In this document: piece by piece, positions 29,230 to 37,890 of the stretch
Layout: every line of letters starts with the position of its first letter
Numbering within the stretch: the stretch's first letter is position 1
Assembly: GCA_016937855.1 (NCBI GenBank)
Contig: JAFGVU010000045.1
Location: forward strand, 2,045-66,044
DNA length: 64,000 bases
Reading direction: 5' to 3'
DNA from: Bacteroidales bacterium
GTDB lineage: Bacteria > Bacteroidota > Bacteroidia > Bacteroidales > ML635J-15
Notes under the pieces: generated by a model
Databases searched by the model: none
What the model saw: only the letters and a program-made list of their open reading frames with translations
What the model was told of the DNA's origin: nothing
Made by a program: the position numbers and the translations under genes

Positions 29230-30678
29230 ATGAAAAAAGCTAAAACTATTTCTTTAATAACACTCGTTCTGCTAAGGTTAACATGCTACCCTCAACAATT
29301 CTCAGTTTCTGTAAACAACGGCTATGGTTCAGGATTGTACGAGCAAGGTGAAACTGTTTATGTTTTTTCTCGCGAAACAGCAGAAAACGAAATTTTTGTG
29401 GAATGGGAAATTGGTACTCCTCTGGAATTCATTAACGATGAGGGCGAATGGCGTTTTTCATTTGTTATGCCGCCTGAAGATATTACAATTACTGCTGTTT
29501 TTGATGAATTACCCGAAGACTTTGTGGTTTATGAAGAAATTCAAGGAGTAAACATTTTAAAACCAGTGTTTTCTGCGATAGTGGAAGAGTCTAAAGGCAC
29601 AGTTTTTCTTTTTCATGGTACAGGTGGGAGTGCAGCAGGTTGGATTGGAATAAATAAAGATCAAAATTACACTTTGCTAAAGGATTTGTTTTATAACGGG
29701 TATTCTGTTATTGTTACCGAATGTGAAGAGTCAACTTTGGGAACAGATACTAATGGCGATGGCAAAATCCGTTGGTTTACTTTCCCTATTGACACAGTAA
29801 ATAATGTCGATTATGCCAATATTAAGGCAATAATTGATACTTTTGATAATCGCGGACTAATTGACAGAAATAAACTTTTCTCAATTGGTATGTCGGCAGG
29901 TGGAGCATATTCAACTGCATTTTCTGTAGCTTTCTCGAGTATTGCATCTGTTACTTATTGTGCCTCAGGACAAGCAGCTGTAATTGAGGCTACAAATTCG
30001 CCAATTCTGTTTTGCATGATGCCTAATGATGAAGTAATTGGGCAAGAAGGAAACGACGATGCCGTAACAAATTATAACATTCTTCTCGACAGAGAGATTT
30101 GCACCGGTTATTTTATGAATTATGCATTTCCTGTTTATCCCCAATACTTTATGAGAGTTGGACTATCTCAATCAGAATCCGAAGCTGTATGTAACGAACT
30201 TAATACAAATGGATTTTTAGATTTAGATAATTTTTTAACAGGAACCGACATAGATATTCAATCACATATACAATCAAATCCGCAATTATGGACTGGTTTT
30301 AATGCACTAACAGGCTTGCAAAAAGTGGCTGTTGCTAATTTAGTCGGTGTTGCTTACGGCTCTCATAATTTTTACTCAAATCATAATAAAAGAACAATTG
30401 ACTTTTTTGATAATCTTTGCGAAACTCCGGTTTTTAATAATGAATTTATTGCAAATAATAATTTTGTTAAAATATATCCAAATCCCGCCTCAAATCTAAT
30501 TTTTATAGATACTGACTTAATCGATTATGAAATCCAAATAATCAACCTAAGTGGACAAGTTTTATTATCGGATAGGAATACTAGAAAAATAAATATTTCT
30601 GGATTTGCTGAAGGAGTGTATTTGGTGAGAATCAAATCGAGAGAAAGAGTTGAAACAATTCGGTTATTGGTTTTATAG
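29230..30678 (+). CDS. Secreted alpha/beta hydrolase with N-terminal InlB-B-repeat-like domain and T9SS type A CTD
   Basis: FHGTGGS, GMSAGG nucleophile elbow, C-terminal IYPNPA...GVYLVRI. Confidence 0.8.
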   Translation: MKKAKTISLITLVLLRLTCYPQQFSVSVNNGYGSGLYEQGETVYVFSRETAENEIFVEWEIGTPLEFINDEGEWRFSFVMPPEDITITAVFDELPEDFVVYEEIQGVNILKPVFSAIVEESKGTVFLFHGTGGSAAGWIGINKDQNYTLLKDLFYNGYSVIVTECEESTLGTDTNGDGKIRWFTFPIDTVNNVDYANIKAIIDTFDNRGLIDRNKLFSIGMSAGGAYSTAFSVAFSSIASVTYCASGQAAVIEATNSPILFCMMPNDEVIGQEGNDDAVTNYNILLDREICTGYFMNYAFPVYPQYFMRVGLSQSESEAVCNELNTNGFLDLDNFLTGTDIDIQSHIQSNPQLWTGFNALTGLQKVAVANLVGVAYGSHNFYSNHNKRTIDFFDNLCETPVFNNEFIANNNFVKIYPNPASNLIFIDTDLIDYEIQIINLSGQVLLSDRNTRKINISGFAEGVYLVRIKSRERVETIRLLVL

Positions 30679-30680
30679 AA
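30474..30680 (+). repeat. Direct repeat copy 1 (T9SS CTD coding block); copy 2 at 31944-32150
   Basis: Ungapped alignment at offset 1470 with about 17 differences over about 207 nt. Confidence 0.9.
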
Positions 30681-30732
30681 ATAAATGAGTTTTGAAATAG
30701 AATAAAGAAATTAACAATTATAAGTTATCATT

Positions 30733-32148
30733 ATGAAAAACAAGTTAAACATTTTAATATTAATATTTTTTGCAATTGCTCTCAATCTTTCTGCTCAACT
30801 TGATTACACAAATATGGATAATTGGGCATTTCATCCTGACAAGCCTGGAACAATGATGGCTAATTATAATACAAATATTGTGGTGGTCAACGAGTTTATG
30901 GAGATCGACAGTATTATATTCAATATTAATAATTCTATGACCAATACAGGCATTGATGTTTTTTTTGTTCATCCAACTGTGCTAGACGGAACTTTTACCA
31001 CACGCCGAAATACTGAATTACACGAGCAACCAGAGTTCTATGTTCTTGCCACAATTGTCGGTCAAGCAGGTTTGCTTTGTAAATTCGGAAGAATGTTTGC
31101 TCCAAGGTATCGGCAATCAACTCCATTAACTTATTTTGGAGTAAACGATGAGATCCAAGCCGAAGTTATCGGAGAAACCGTTAAAGACATTAAAGCGGCA
31201 TTTTTGCATTATCTCGAAAATCATAATAACGGGAATAAAATAATTCTTGCTGCTCATTCTCAAGGTGCATATATAACTGCATTGATGCTAAGGAATTTAG
31301 CGGATAGTAATCCTGAAATAAAAGATAAAATAATAATCGCAGCTTTAGGTGGTATGTGGCAAATTTTTGCCGAAAAATATGATTTCACAGGCGGATGGAT
31401 GGAGAATATTGAATTGTGTACTGAAAATAATCAGTGTGGTTGTATTTTAACGTGGCGATGTTTTAAAGAAGGGCAAACTATTGACATTGCAAATAGTCCA
31501 AAGATAAGTGCAAACCAAAATCTTGTTGATGAAAATTATTTGTATAGAACATATAATGAAACAAATGACTGGGGTTTGCATGATTTTCTTTATTATTCAG
31601 AAGAAACGAATCCGTTGAGATATTACATTTTGCCATCAAGTCAAACTCCCTTTGCTGGAACAGCAGGTTTTGTTGCATACGATAGTTTATATAACATCAG
31701 ACTCGACAGACAAGCAGACGATCGTGTTGGTTTTATGCTAGATTTTAATCCAAAACCCAACGATTTAAGAGAAGACGATTTAATTGGAGAAGAAGAACAC
31801 GATTTATATGATATGTGGGGATATCATCGCAAAGACTATAATATATATGTGTGGGCTTTAATGCAACAAATTGAACAACGAATTGATAATTGTAATCCTA
31901 CCAAAATTTCTGATTTTGAAAAAGCAAGAAAGTCTTTTATAATATACCCAAATCCAGCAACAAATCAAGTTTTTATAGATACAGATTTAATAGATTATGA
32001 AATTCAGATAATCAACCTAAGTGGACAAATTTTATTATCGGATAGGAATACTAGAAAAATAAACATTTCAGGACTTGCAGAAGGAGTGTATTTGGTGAGA
32101 ATCAAATCGAGAGAAAGAGTAGAAACAATTCGGTTATTGGTTTTATAG
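30733..32148 (+). CDS. DUF3089-like hydrolase with T9SS type A CTD
   Basis: DVFFVHPT, FAPRYRQ, LAAHSQG, YHRKDY; C-terminal IYPNPA. Confidence 0.8.
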   Translation: MKNKLNILILIFFAIALNLSAQLDYTNMDNWAFHPDKPGTMMANYNTNIVVVNEFMEIDSIIFNINNSMTNTGIDVFFVHPTVLDGTFTTRRNTELHEQPEFYVLATIVGQAGLLCKFGRMFAPRYRQSTPLTYFGVNDEIQAEVIGETVKDIKAAFLHYLENHNNGNKIILAAHSQGAYITALMLRNLADSNPEIKDKIIIAALGGMWQIFAEKYDFTGGWMENIELCTENNQCGCILTWRCFKEGQTIDIANSPKISANQNLVDENYLYRTYNETNDWGLHDFLYYSEETNPLRYYILPSSQTPFAGTAGFVAYDSLYNIRLDRQADDRVGFMLDFNPKPNDLREDDLIGEEEHDLYDMWGYHRKDYNIYVWALMQQIEQRIDNCNPTKISDFEKARKSFIIYPNPATNQVFIDTDLIDYEIQIINLSGQILLSDRNTRKINISGLAEGVYLVRIKSRERVETIRLLVL

Positions 32149-32150
32149 AA
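31944..32150 (+). repeat. Direct repeat copy 2 (T9SS CTD coding block)
   Basis: See 30474-30680. Confidence 0.9.
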
Positions 32151-32367
32151 AATAGAGAGTATTTATAGTGGCTGGTGAAACGGGGACTTCGAGACAATTT
32201 TTTAACAGTGGGACTACGGTTAGTAGCCTGCGGCTACACCTCCGTCCCACTGATAAAAAATCCCTCAGCCCCCTTACATTTGTGCTCCAAGGTGGCTGAG
32301 GTATTTTCGGAGTTTACGGAGAAAATTGTCTCGAAGCCACCGATATTTACAAAAAATACTCTATTTT
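32149..32367. mobile_element. Nested-palindrome intergenic element (MITE-like or structured RNA)
   Basis: Terminal AAAATAGA(GA)GTATTT / AAATACTCTATTTT; perfect 15-bp IR 32187-32201 / 32322-32336; two internal hairpins. Confidence 0.55.
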
Positions 32368-32409
32368 TAAGTTTTCAAAAACCAAGTAGTTGCCTCTAAA
32401 TTTTAGAAA

Positions 32410-32880
32410 ATGAAAATGACCACAATAAAAAACATCCTCATTAGCCTCGTACTCCTACTAATTACCTCCACTTGCTTAGCCCAAAGCAATATCTATCTCG
32501 AGATAGCCGGAACCGGAGGTTTAGGGTCAATTAATTACGAAAAAGTGTTTAAACCTGAAAAAGATTTGAGCTATTCTCTTAGAACTGGATTTAGCATTGC
32601 CCCAATTGATAAAAATAATGGTGTTGCACTAATATTCCCTGTGATGTTTAATGGTATTTACGGGCAAAATAAACATAAACTAGAGTTTGGTCTTGGTCAA
32701 AGTTTTACATTATCAACCAAAGGCAGTTTTTTTATTATGGGAGTTTCAAATCTTGGATACAGACTTGAGCCGGATGATAAAAACTACTTTTTTCGATTAT
32801 CATATACTCCAATTATTTCATATTTAATAGATTTTCAATGGCAACATTGGGCAGGTATAAGCATAGGATATAAACTTTAA
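32410..32880 (+). CDS. Hypothetical small outer-membrane beta-barrel-like protein
   Basis: Signal peptide, alternating beta pattern, terminal GISIGYKL. Confidence 0.7.
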   Translation: MKMTTIKNILISLVLLLITSTCLAQSNIYLEIAGTGGLGSINYEKVFKPEKDLSYSLRTGFSIAPIDKNNGVALIFPVMFNGIYGQNKHKLEFGLGQSFTLSTKGSFFIMGVSNLGYRLEPDDKNYFFRLSYTPIISYLIDFQWQHWAGISIGYKL

Positions 32881-32890
32881 ACTTAGCAAA

Positions 32891-33655
32891 ATGAAAAAAT
32901 CAACAACATACTTCACTCTTATAATGCTTGTTCTATTTGTAAGCTGTAATAAATATGAAATTTTTGATGGAGATAATTTCTACAACGAAGGATTTGAAAA
33001 TTATACAAGTTATAATGATTTAATGTCCGATGAGAGAAATTATTTCAGCCAGATTACTTATCCCGAAAACTACATTGCTCCTGATAGTATTATCAAACAC
33101 AGCGGAAATCAGTCGATGAAATTTTTCGGAGTTGGCACAAAAAACGATTTTCTATGTAAGTGCTCATATTCACATCGCTATTTGGCATTTTGGGAAGGAG
33201 AAACAATTGTAGTTTCTGCATGGTATTACATCGATTCGGACGAAGACTTACCATGGTTGTTTATTATGGATTTAGAAGAAAGAACTAATATTGGCGCAGG
33301 TCCCGGTATTCGACCATATATTTCAAAAAATAATTCTTTCGGAATAAATTTCAAGTACAATCAGCCTAATGTCGAGCAAGATGTTGACAATCAGGTTACT
33401 ATTCCTCGAAAACAATGGTTTAAACTTAGCATGGAAGTATATCTTTCACAAAAAAAGAACGGATGGATAAATCTTTATCAGAACGATACTTTAGTTTTAA
33501 ATTTAGTGGATGTACAAACTTTACCCACCGACATTTTGTATTTTCAGCAAGGTACAAAAGGGATGTACAATTCTGCAGAATTTGGGATAACTGCTAATCC
33601 AACAGAAGTTGATCTAACTTTATATGTTGACGACATTGAGGTTTATGTGAAGTAA
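32891..33655 (+). CDS. Lipoprotein with polysaccharide-lyase-like beta-jelly-roll fold
   Basis: Lipobox FVSC; HSGNQSMKF, IPRKQWF, LYVDDI patterns (fold assignment tentative). Confidence 0.55.
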   Translation: MKKSTTYFTLIMLVLFVSCNKYEIFDGDNFYNEGFENYTSYNDLMSDERNYFSQITYPENYIAPDSIIKHSGNQSMKFFGVGTKNDFLCKCSYSHRYLAFWEGETIVVSAWYYIDSDEDLPWLFIMDLEERTNIGAGPGIRPYISKNNSFGINFKYNQPNVEQDVDNQVTIPRKQWFKLSMEVYLSQKKNGWINLYQNDTLVLNLVDVQTLPTDILYFQQGTKGMYNSAEFGITANPTEVDLTLYVDDIEVYVK

Positions 33656-33879
33656 TGATGAGCAATTCAAACAAAGTATATTTTTTATTCTCAAAACAAT
33701 ACCATATAAAGACTGATAGAGCGAAGAAAACATTTTAGCATTAACATATTAACCTAAGTCATAATATCATTTTTGCGTTTGTAATCGGGGGGGCTATGCT
33801 TGATTATGCCCGAATAATTGCAATTTGATTGATTTTTCCGTATTTTTGCCCACAGGAATTAAAACCGCCATTTAAGTTT

Positions 33880-34917
33880 ATGAATAAAAAGTGTATCAGG
33901 GATTTAAGCATCGAAGATTTAACCAGTTTTTGCAAGGATAGCGGACAAAGACCATTTAGGGTTCGTCAAATTTTGTATTGGTTGTGGCGCAAAGGGGTAA
34001 GTGATTTCGATCAAATGTCTGATATTTCAAAAGAATTTAGAGTAACACTCGAGAACAATTTCTATTTTGACAATATCAAAGTTGACTCAATTTCTCGTTC
34101 ATCCGACAAAACAACAAAGTTTTTATTTAGCTCGACAGACAACAAATATTTTGAAGGAGTATTGATTCCTGATAAAGACAGGGTTACAGCATGCATATCA
34201 ACACAAGCCGGATGTGCCCTAAACTGTGCATTTTGTTCAACCGGCAAAATGGGTTTTATACGAAACCTTAGCGTAGGGGAAATTTTTGGTCAGGTTTTTG
34301 AATTAAACCAAAACTGTAAAAAAGATTTTGGCAGATATTTAACGAATATTGTTATTATGGGGATGGGAGAGCCACTATTAAATTACGAAAACACAATTAA
34401 AGCCATTGAACATGTAACAAACAACGATGGTTTAGGCTTTTCTCCTCAACGAATAACATTGTCAACAGCAGGCATAGCGCCAAAAATCAAAAACCTAGCT
34501 GACGACAATATAAAATTTAATCTATCTATTTCGTTACACTCTGCCGACAACAAAATACGAAGTAGCATTATGCCGATAAATAAAAAATATGATCTCGAAA
34601 CTCTAAGTACAGCACTAAGTTATTTCTACAACAAAACTGGCAAAAGAATAACTTACGAGTATCTTTTGCTAGAAGGAATAAATAACAGTTTAGAGGATGC
34701 AGAAAAACTTGCCAAATTTACTAAAATTTCTCCATGTAAAATCAATTTAATTGAATATAATCCTAGCGATTCTGACATATTTTCACCTTCGAATAAGCAA
34801 AAACAACAATCATTTATTGATTTTTTAGAATCCAAAAATCTTGTCGTAACTCTTAGAAAGTCGAAAGGACAAGACATTAACGCTGCCTGTGGTCAATTGG
34901 CAAATAAAAAACAATAA
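33880..34917 (+). CDS. rlmN: 23S rRNA m2A2503 methyltransferase
   Basis: CxxxCxxC (CALNCAFC), MGMGEPL, AACGQL. Start set at ATG 33880, downstream of TATTTTTG at 33841-33848. Confidence 0.95.
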   Translation: MNKKCIRDLSIEDLTSFCKDSGQRPFRVRQILYWLWRKGVSDFDQMSDISKEFRVTLENNFYFDNIKVDSISRSSDKTTKFLFSSTDNKYFEGVLIPDKDRVTACISTQAGCALNCAFCSTGKMGFIRNLSVGEIFGQVFELNQNCKKDFGRYLTNIVIMGMGEPLLNYENTIKAIEHVTNNDGLGFSPQRITLSTAGIAPKIKNLADDNIKFNLSISLHSADNKIRSSIMPINKKYDLETLSTALSYFYNKTGKRITYEYLLLEGINNSLEDAEKLAKFTKISPCKINLIEYNPSDSDIFSPSNKQKQQSFIDFLESKNLVVTLRKSKGQDINAACGQLANKKQ

Positions 34918-34974
34918 TTTTAGTATGTGAAAAAAAAATTCTATATTAGCAACCTATTAAGAAAACAAGATATT

Positions 34975-36537
34975 ATGAAAAAATTAGCATTATTATTTAT
35001 CGCAGCAATTTTTTGCACAGGGATAGTTTTTTCTCAAGCATCAGCAAGTTTTGGATATGACAGAGATATCATCATGGAAGATATGAATGAGTATGTAAGG
35101 CTTATCGGAGCAGACTCCGACGGCTTTTATGCTTTGAGAATGGACGAAAAAGACAATTTGAATCTTGAGTTCTTCAACAGTGCAACAATGAATCGTGAGT
35201 CAACAAATCAGCTTATTCTGCCTATGGTTGGTGGAATAAACTCTGAGTATGTTGCAATGTTTTATCTCGATAGCAAATTAGTTCTTTTTACTCAAGTTGT
35301 AAACAATACGATTAAAGAAAAATCACTCTACATCCAACAAGTTAACAAAAGTGGTCAGATAATGGGTGAACCTAAAATTATTGGAAAACTCACAAATCAA
35401 AACATTGGCGTTGATTTCAATGTAGAACTAACACCAAATCAGCAAAACATTTTTGTTTACTACAGCAGACCTTTCCAAACATACAACGAAGAACCTTTCT
35501 TTTTCAAAGTTTATGACGCAGACATGGAAGAAATCTACAACAATACCATCAAACTTCCTTTAGTGGACGAAGCTTTCACTCTATCTCAAATTGAGATTTC
35601 AAATAATGGCAATATTTATATGCTTGCCAAAATTGAACCTGATGCTAGAAGAGCGAAAAGAATGAAAGAAATTATTTATGACTACAAGCTCTTGGTTTTT
35701 GATAATACTACTAAAGTCGTCGAACAATACGAAGTTAAAGGTAAAAAATACATTCTTGTTGATGCAATTTTTGGATTAGATGACGAAGAAAATGTTGATA
35801 TTTATGGTTTTCTTGTAAGAAAAGGAAAAACAAATTACGAAGGGATTTTCCACCAAAAATTAAACACAAAAACCAAAGAGTTTGAAATGCCTTCAAACGC
35901 AAAACAAGCCGATTACATGTTCGCTAAAACTGAGACTCCTGATTTTAGATCCGAAAGACTATTGAAATTCTACGACGAAATGTATAACTATAAATTATTA
36001 GATGTACTACATTTATCTAATGGCGGATCTGTTGTAATTGCTGAGCACTACAATCATTGGGTTGATTCAATAATTGTCCCCGGAAGCAAAGAAATAATCT
36101 ATAATGATTATTATTTACACAATGATGTTTTAGTTGCTTATTGTAGTGCAGAAAACAATATGGAATGGATGACAAGAATTCCAAAAAGCCAGTATAGTTA
36201 TGATTATAAAGGAGAATTATTCTCTTCAATTGCTTATACCGCTGTTGGCGAAAAGGTATTCTTGTTTTATAACGACAACAAAAAGAACATTAAATTATTA
36301 GAACAGCAAAATCTAGATGGATTTGAATACAAAAGCATAACGGCTCCCGACCGCAAAGGAACTGCTGTTGTCGTTTCAATTTTCTCTGATGGAAAAGTGC
36401 ACGGAACCTCCTTATTCACAAAAAAGAATAAAAAATATAAAATTATTCCTGAACTAATGAAAGAGTATAATTACAAATATTATATGTGTACTCAAAACGG
36501 AGCCAAAGTTAAATTTGCTTTGTTTACCGGCCAGTAA
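34975..36537 (+). CDS. Hypothetical secreted beta-rich protein
   Basis: Signal peptide MKKLALLFIAAIFCTGIVFSQ from ATG 34975; no recognisable catalytic motif. Confidence 0.75.
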   Translation: MKKLALLFIAAIFCTGIVFSQASASFGYDRDIIMEDMNEYVRLIGADSDGFYALRMDEKDNLNLEFFNSATMNRESTNQLILPMVGGINSEYVAMFYLDSKLVLFTQVVNNTIKEKSLYIQQVNKSGQIMGEPKIIGKLTNQNIGVDFNVELTPNQQNIFVYYSRPFQTYNEEPFFFKVYDADMEEIYNNTIKLPLVDEAFTLSQIEISNNGNIYMLAKIEPDARRAKRMKEIIYDYKLLVFDNTTKVVEQYEVKGKKYILVDAIFGLDDEENVDIYGFLVRKGKTNYEGIFHQKLNTKTKEFEMPSNAKQADYMFAKTETPDFRSERLLKFYDEMYNYKLLDVLHLSNGGSVVIAEHYNHWVDSIIVPGSKEIIYNDYYLHNDVLVAYCSAENNMEWMTRIPKSQYSYDYKGELFSSIAYTAVGEKVFLFYNDNKKNIKLLEQQNLDGFEYKSITAPDRKGTAVVVSIFSDGKVHGTSLFTKKNKKYKIIPELMKEYNYKYYMCTQNGAKVKFALFTGQ

Positions 36538-36553
36538 ATTATAATCCAGATAT

Positions 36554-36583
36554 AAAAAAACCGACTATCGTCGGTTTTTTTTT
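36554..36583. terminator. Bidirectional terminator between convergent genes
   Basis: A7-CCGAC-TATC-GTCGG-T9. Confidence 0.85.
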
Positions 36584-36614
36584 GCTAGTAATTCTCGTGA
36601 ATATCTAACAGTCT

Positions 36615-37835
36615 TTACATTGCTGCTAAAAGCAAATCTATATCTTTTGAAAATATCCCGTGGATAATTCCAATATGCTCATCGGTTAAAATTCCGTTAT
36701 ACAAATAAACTCCTGTTCTAATTCCCGGATTAGACTTAAGATAGTAATTTAAGCCCCCACAAATTTGCATTTTTTGCAATTCGGAGGCTAGAATATTACT
36801 AATCGAATAAGATGCAGTGCGAGAAACCCTCGATGCAATATTAGGTACACAATAGTGAATTACTCCATGCTTTGTATAAACAGGATTTTTATGAGTTGTT
36901 GGCTTTCCTGTTTCAACAATTCCTCCTTGGTCAATACTTATATCAACAATTATTGAGTTGTTTTTCATCTGTTTAACCATATCCTCAGTAATAATAATCT
37001 TAGGTCTTTTGTCTCGAATGCGAAGAGCCCCAACGACAACATCGGCAGTTTTAAGGGCATTAGCAAGAACTTTTGAATGGATTGTAGATGTATAAACTTT
37101 TGTACCCAGATTTTTCTGAAGTTGATCGAGATTAGAAACTGAATTATCAAACACTTTCACAAGAGCACCCAGCGAGAAGGCTGTTTGTGCAGCATAAGTC
37201 CCTGCTGTTCCAGCCCCAATAATTACGACTTCTGTAGGCGAAACACCGGTCAAACCACCGAGCATTTCACCTTTTCCCTTATGAATATTGCTAAGATATT
37301 CCGAAGCAATTAATATTGATGACCGACCAGCTATCTCACTCATAGATCTCATTATTGGATTAATTCCATGATTATCTTGAAGTGTATCAAATGCAATTGC
37401 TGTAATTCGCTTTTTTATCAAGCTAGTGAAATACTCCTTGTTTTGACAATTTGAATGTAAAGAAGTAATAATGATTTGATTACCTGTCAAAAGTTCAATT
37501 TCTTCAATTGTAAGAGGCATTACCTTAAGAACAATATCACATTTTGCCACTTCAGGTTTAGAACTAACTATTTGTGCTCCATAATCAGAAAACTGTCTGT
37601 CGGTAAAATTGGCACCAACTCCGGCTCCCTGTTCAATTAGGATTTCAAAACCTTCATTGACCAACTGCTCGACCGCCAATGGAGCAAGCGGCACACGATG
37701 CTCAAAACCACTATTGTCAGCCAATACGCCAATTTTAAACGATTTTTTCTCTTTCTTAATCTCAAGCATTTCCTCTTGAGGCATCAAAACAGAACCATGA
37801 ATAAATGCTCCCGAATTATCAGACGATGCAACCAT
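36615..37835 (-). CDS. ald: Alanine dehydrogenase
   Basis: EHRVPL, MSEIAGR, GAGTAG, VDISIDQGG, HYCVPN. Confidence 0.9.
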   Translation of the reverse strand: MVASSDNSGAFIHGSVLMPQEEMLEIKKEKKSFKIGVLADNSGFEHRVPLAPLAVEQLVNEGFEILIEQGAGVGANFTDRQFSDYGAQIVSSKPEVAKCDIVLKVMPLTIEEIELLTGNQIIITSLHSNCQNKEYFTSLIKKRITAIAFDTLQDNHGINPIMRSMSEIAGRSSILIASEYLSNIHKGKGEMLGGLTGVSPTEVVIIGAGTAGTYAAQTAFSLGALVKVFDNSVSNLDQLQKNLGTKVYTSTIHSKVLANALKTADVVVGALRIRDKRPKIIITEDMVKQMKNNSIIVDISIDQGGIVETGKPTTHKNPVYTKHGVIHYCVPNIASRVSRTASYSISNILASELQKMQICGGLNYYLKSNPGIRTGVYLYNGILTDEHIGIIHGIFSKDIDLLLAAM

Positions 37836-37890
37836 AATATTTTTTGTTATAAAGATACGAAATTTATTAAAACCACTTTATGCAAAAACA

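Noticed and set aside
28927-29230. Short ORFs overlapping 29016-29098
   Set aside because: They overlap a clear tRNA-Leu and its terminator
30474-32150. Duplicated CTD as a DGR template/variable repeat pair, given the Avd-like gene 7 kb away
   Set aside because: About 7 of 17 differences are not at adenines of the better template candidate, most are synonymous, both copies are coding, and no reverse transcriptase is present
32175-32399. 74-aa ORF, and likewise the 67-aa ORF at 44482-44685
   Set aside because: They run through palindromic elements, have non-ATG starts and show no protein-like features
33829-33879. N-terminal extensions in the ORF track for rlmN, the methyltransferase, rsgA, the MMPL gene and lon
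   Set aside because: The extensions overlap promoter boxes (TAnnTTTG or sigma54); downstream ATGs give normal-looking starts
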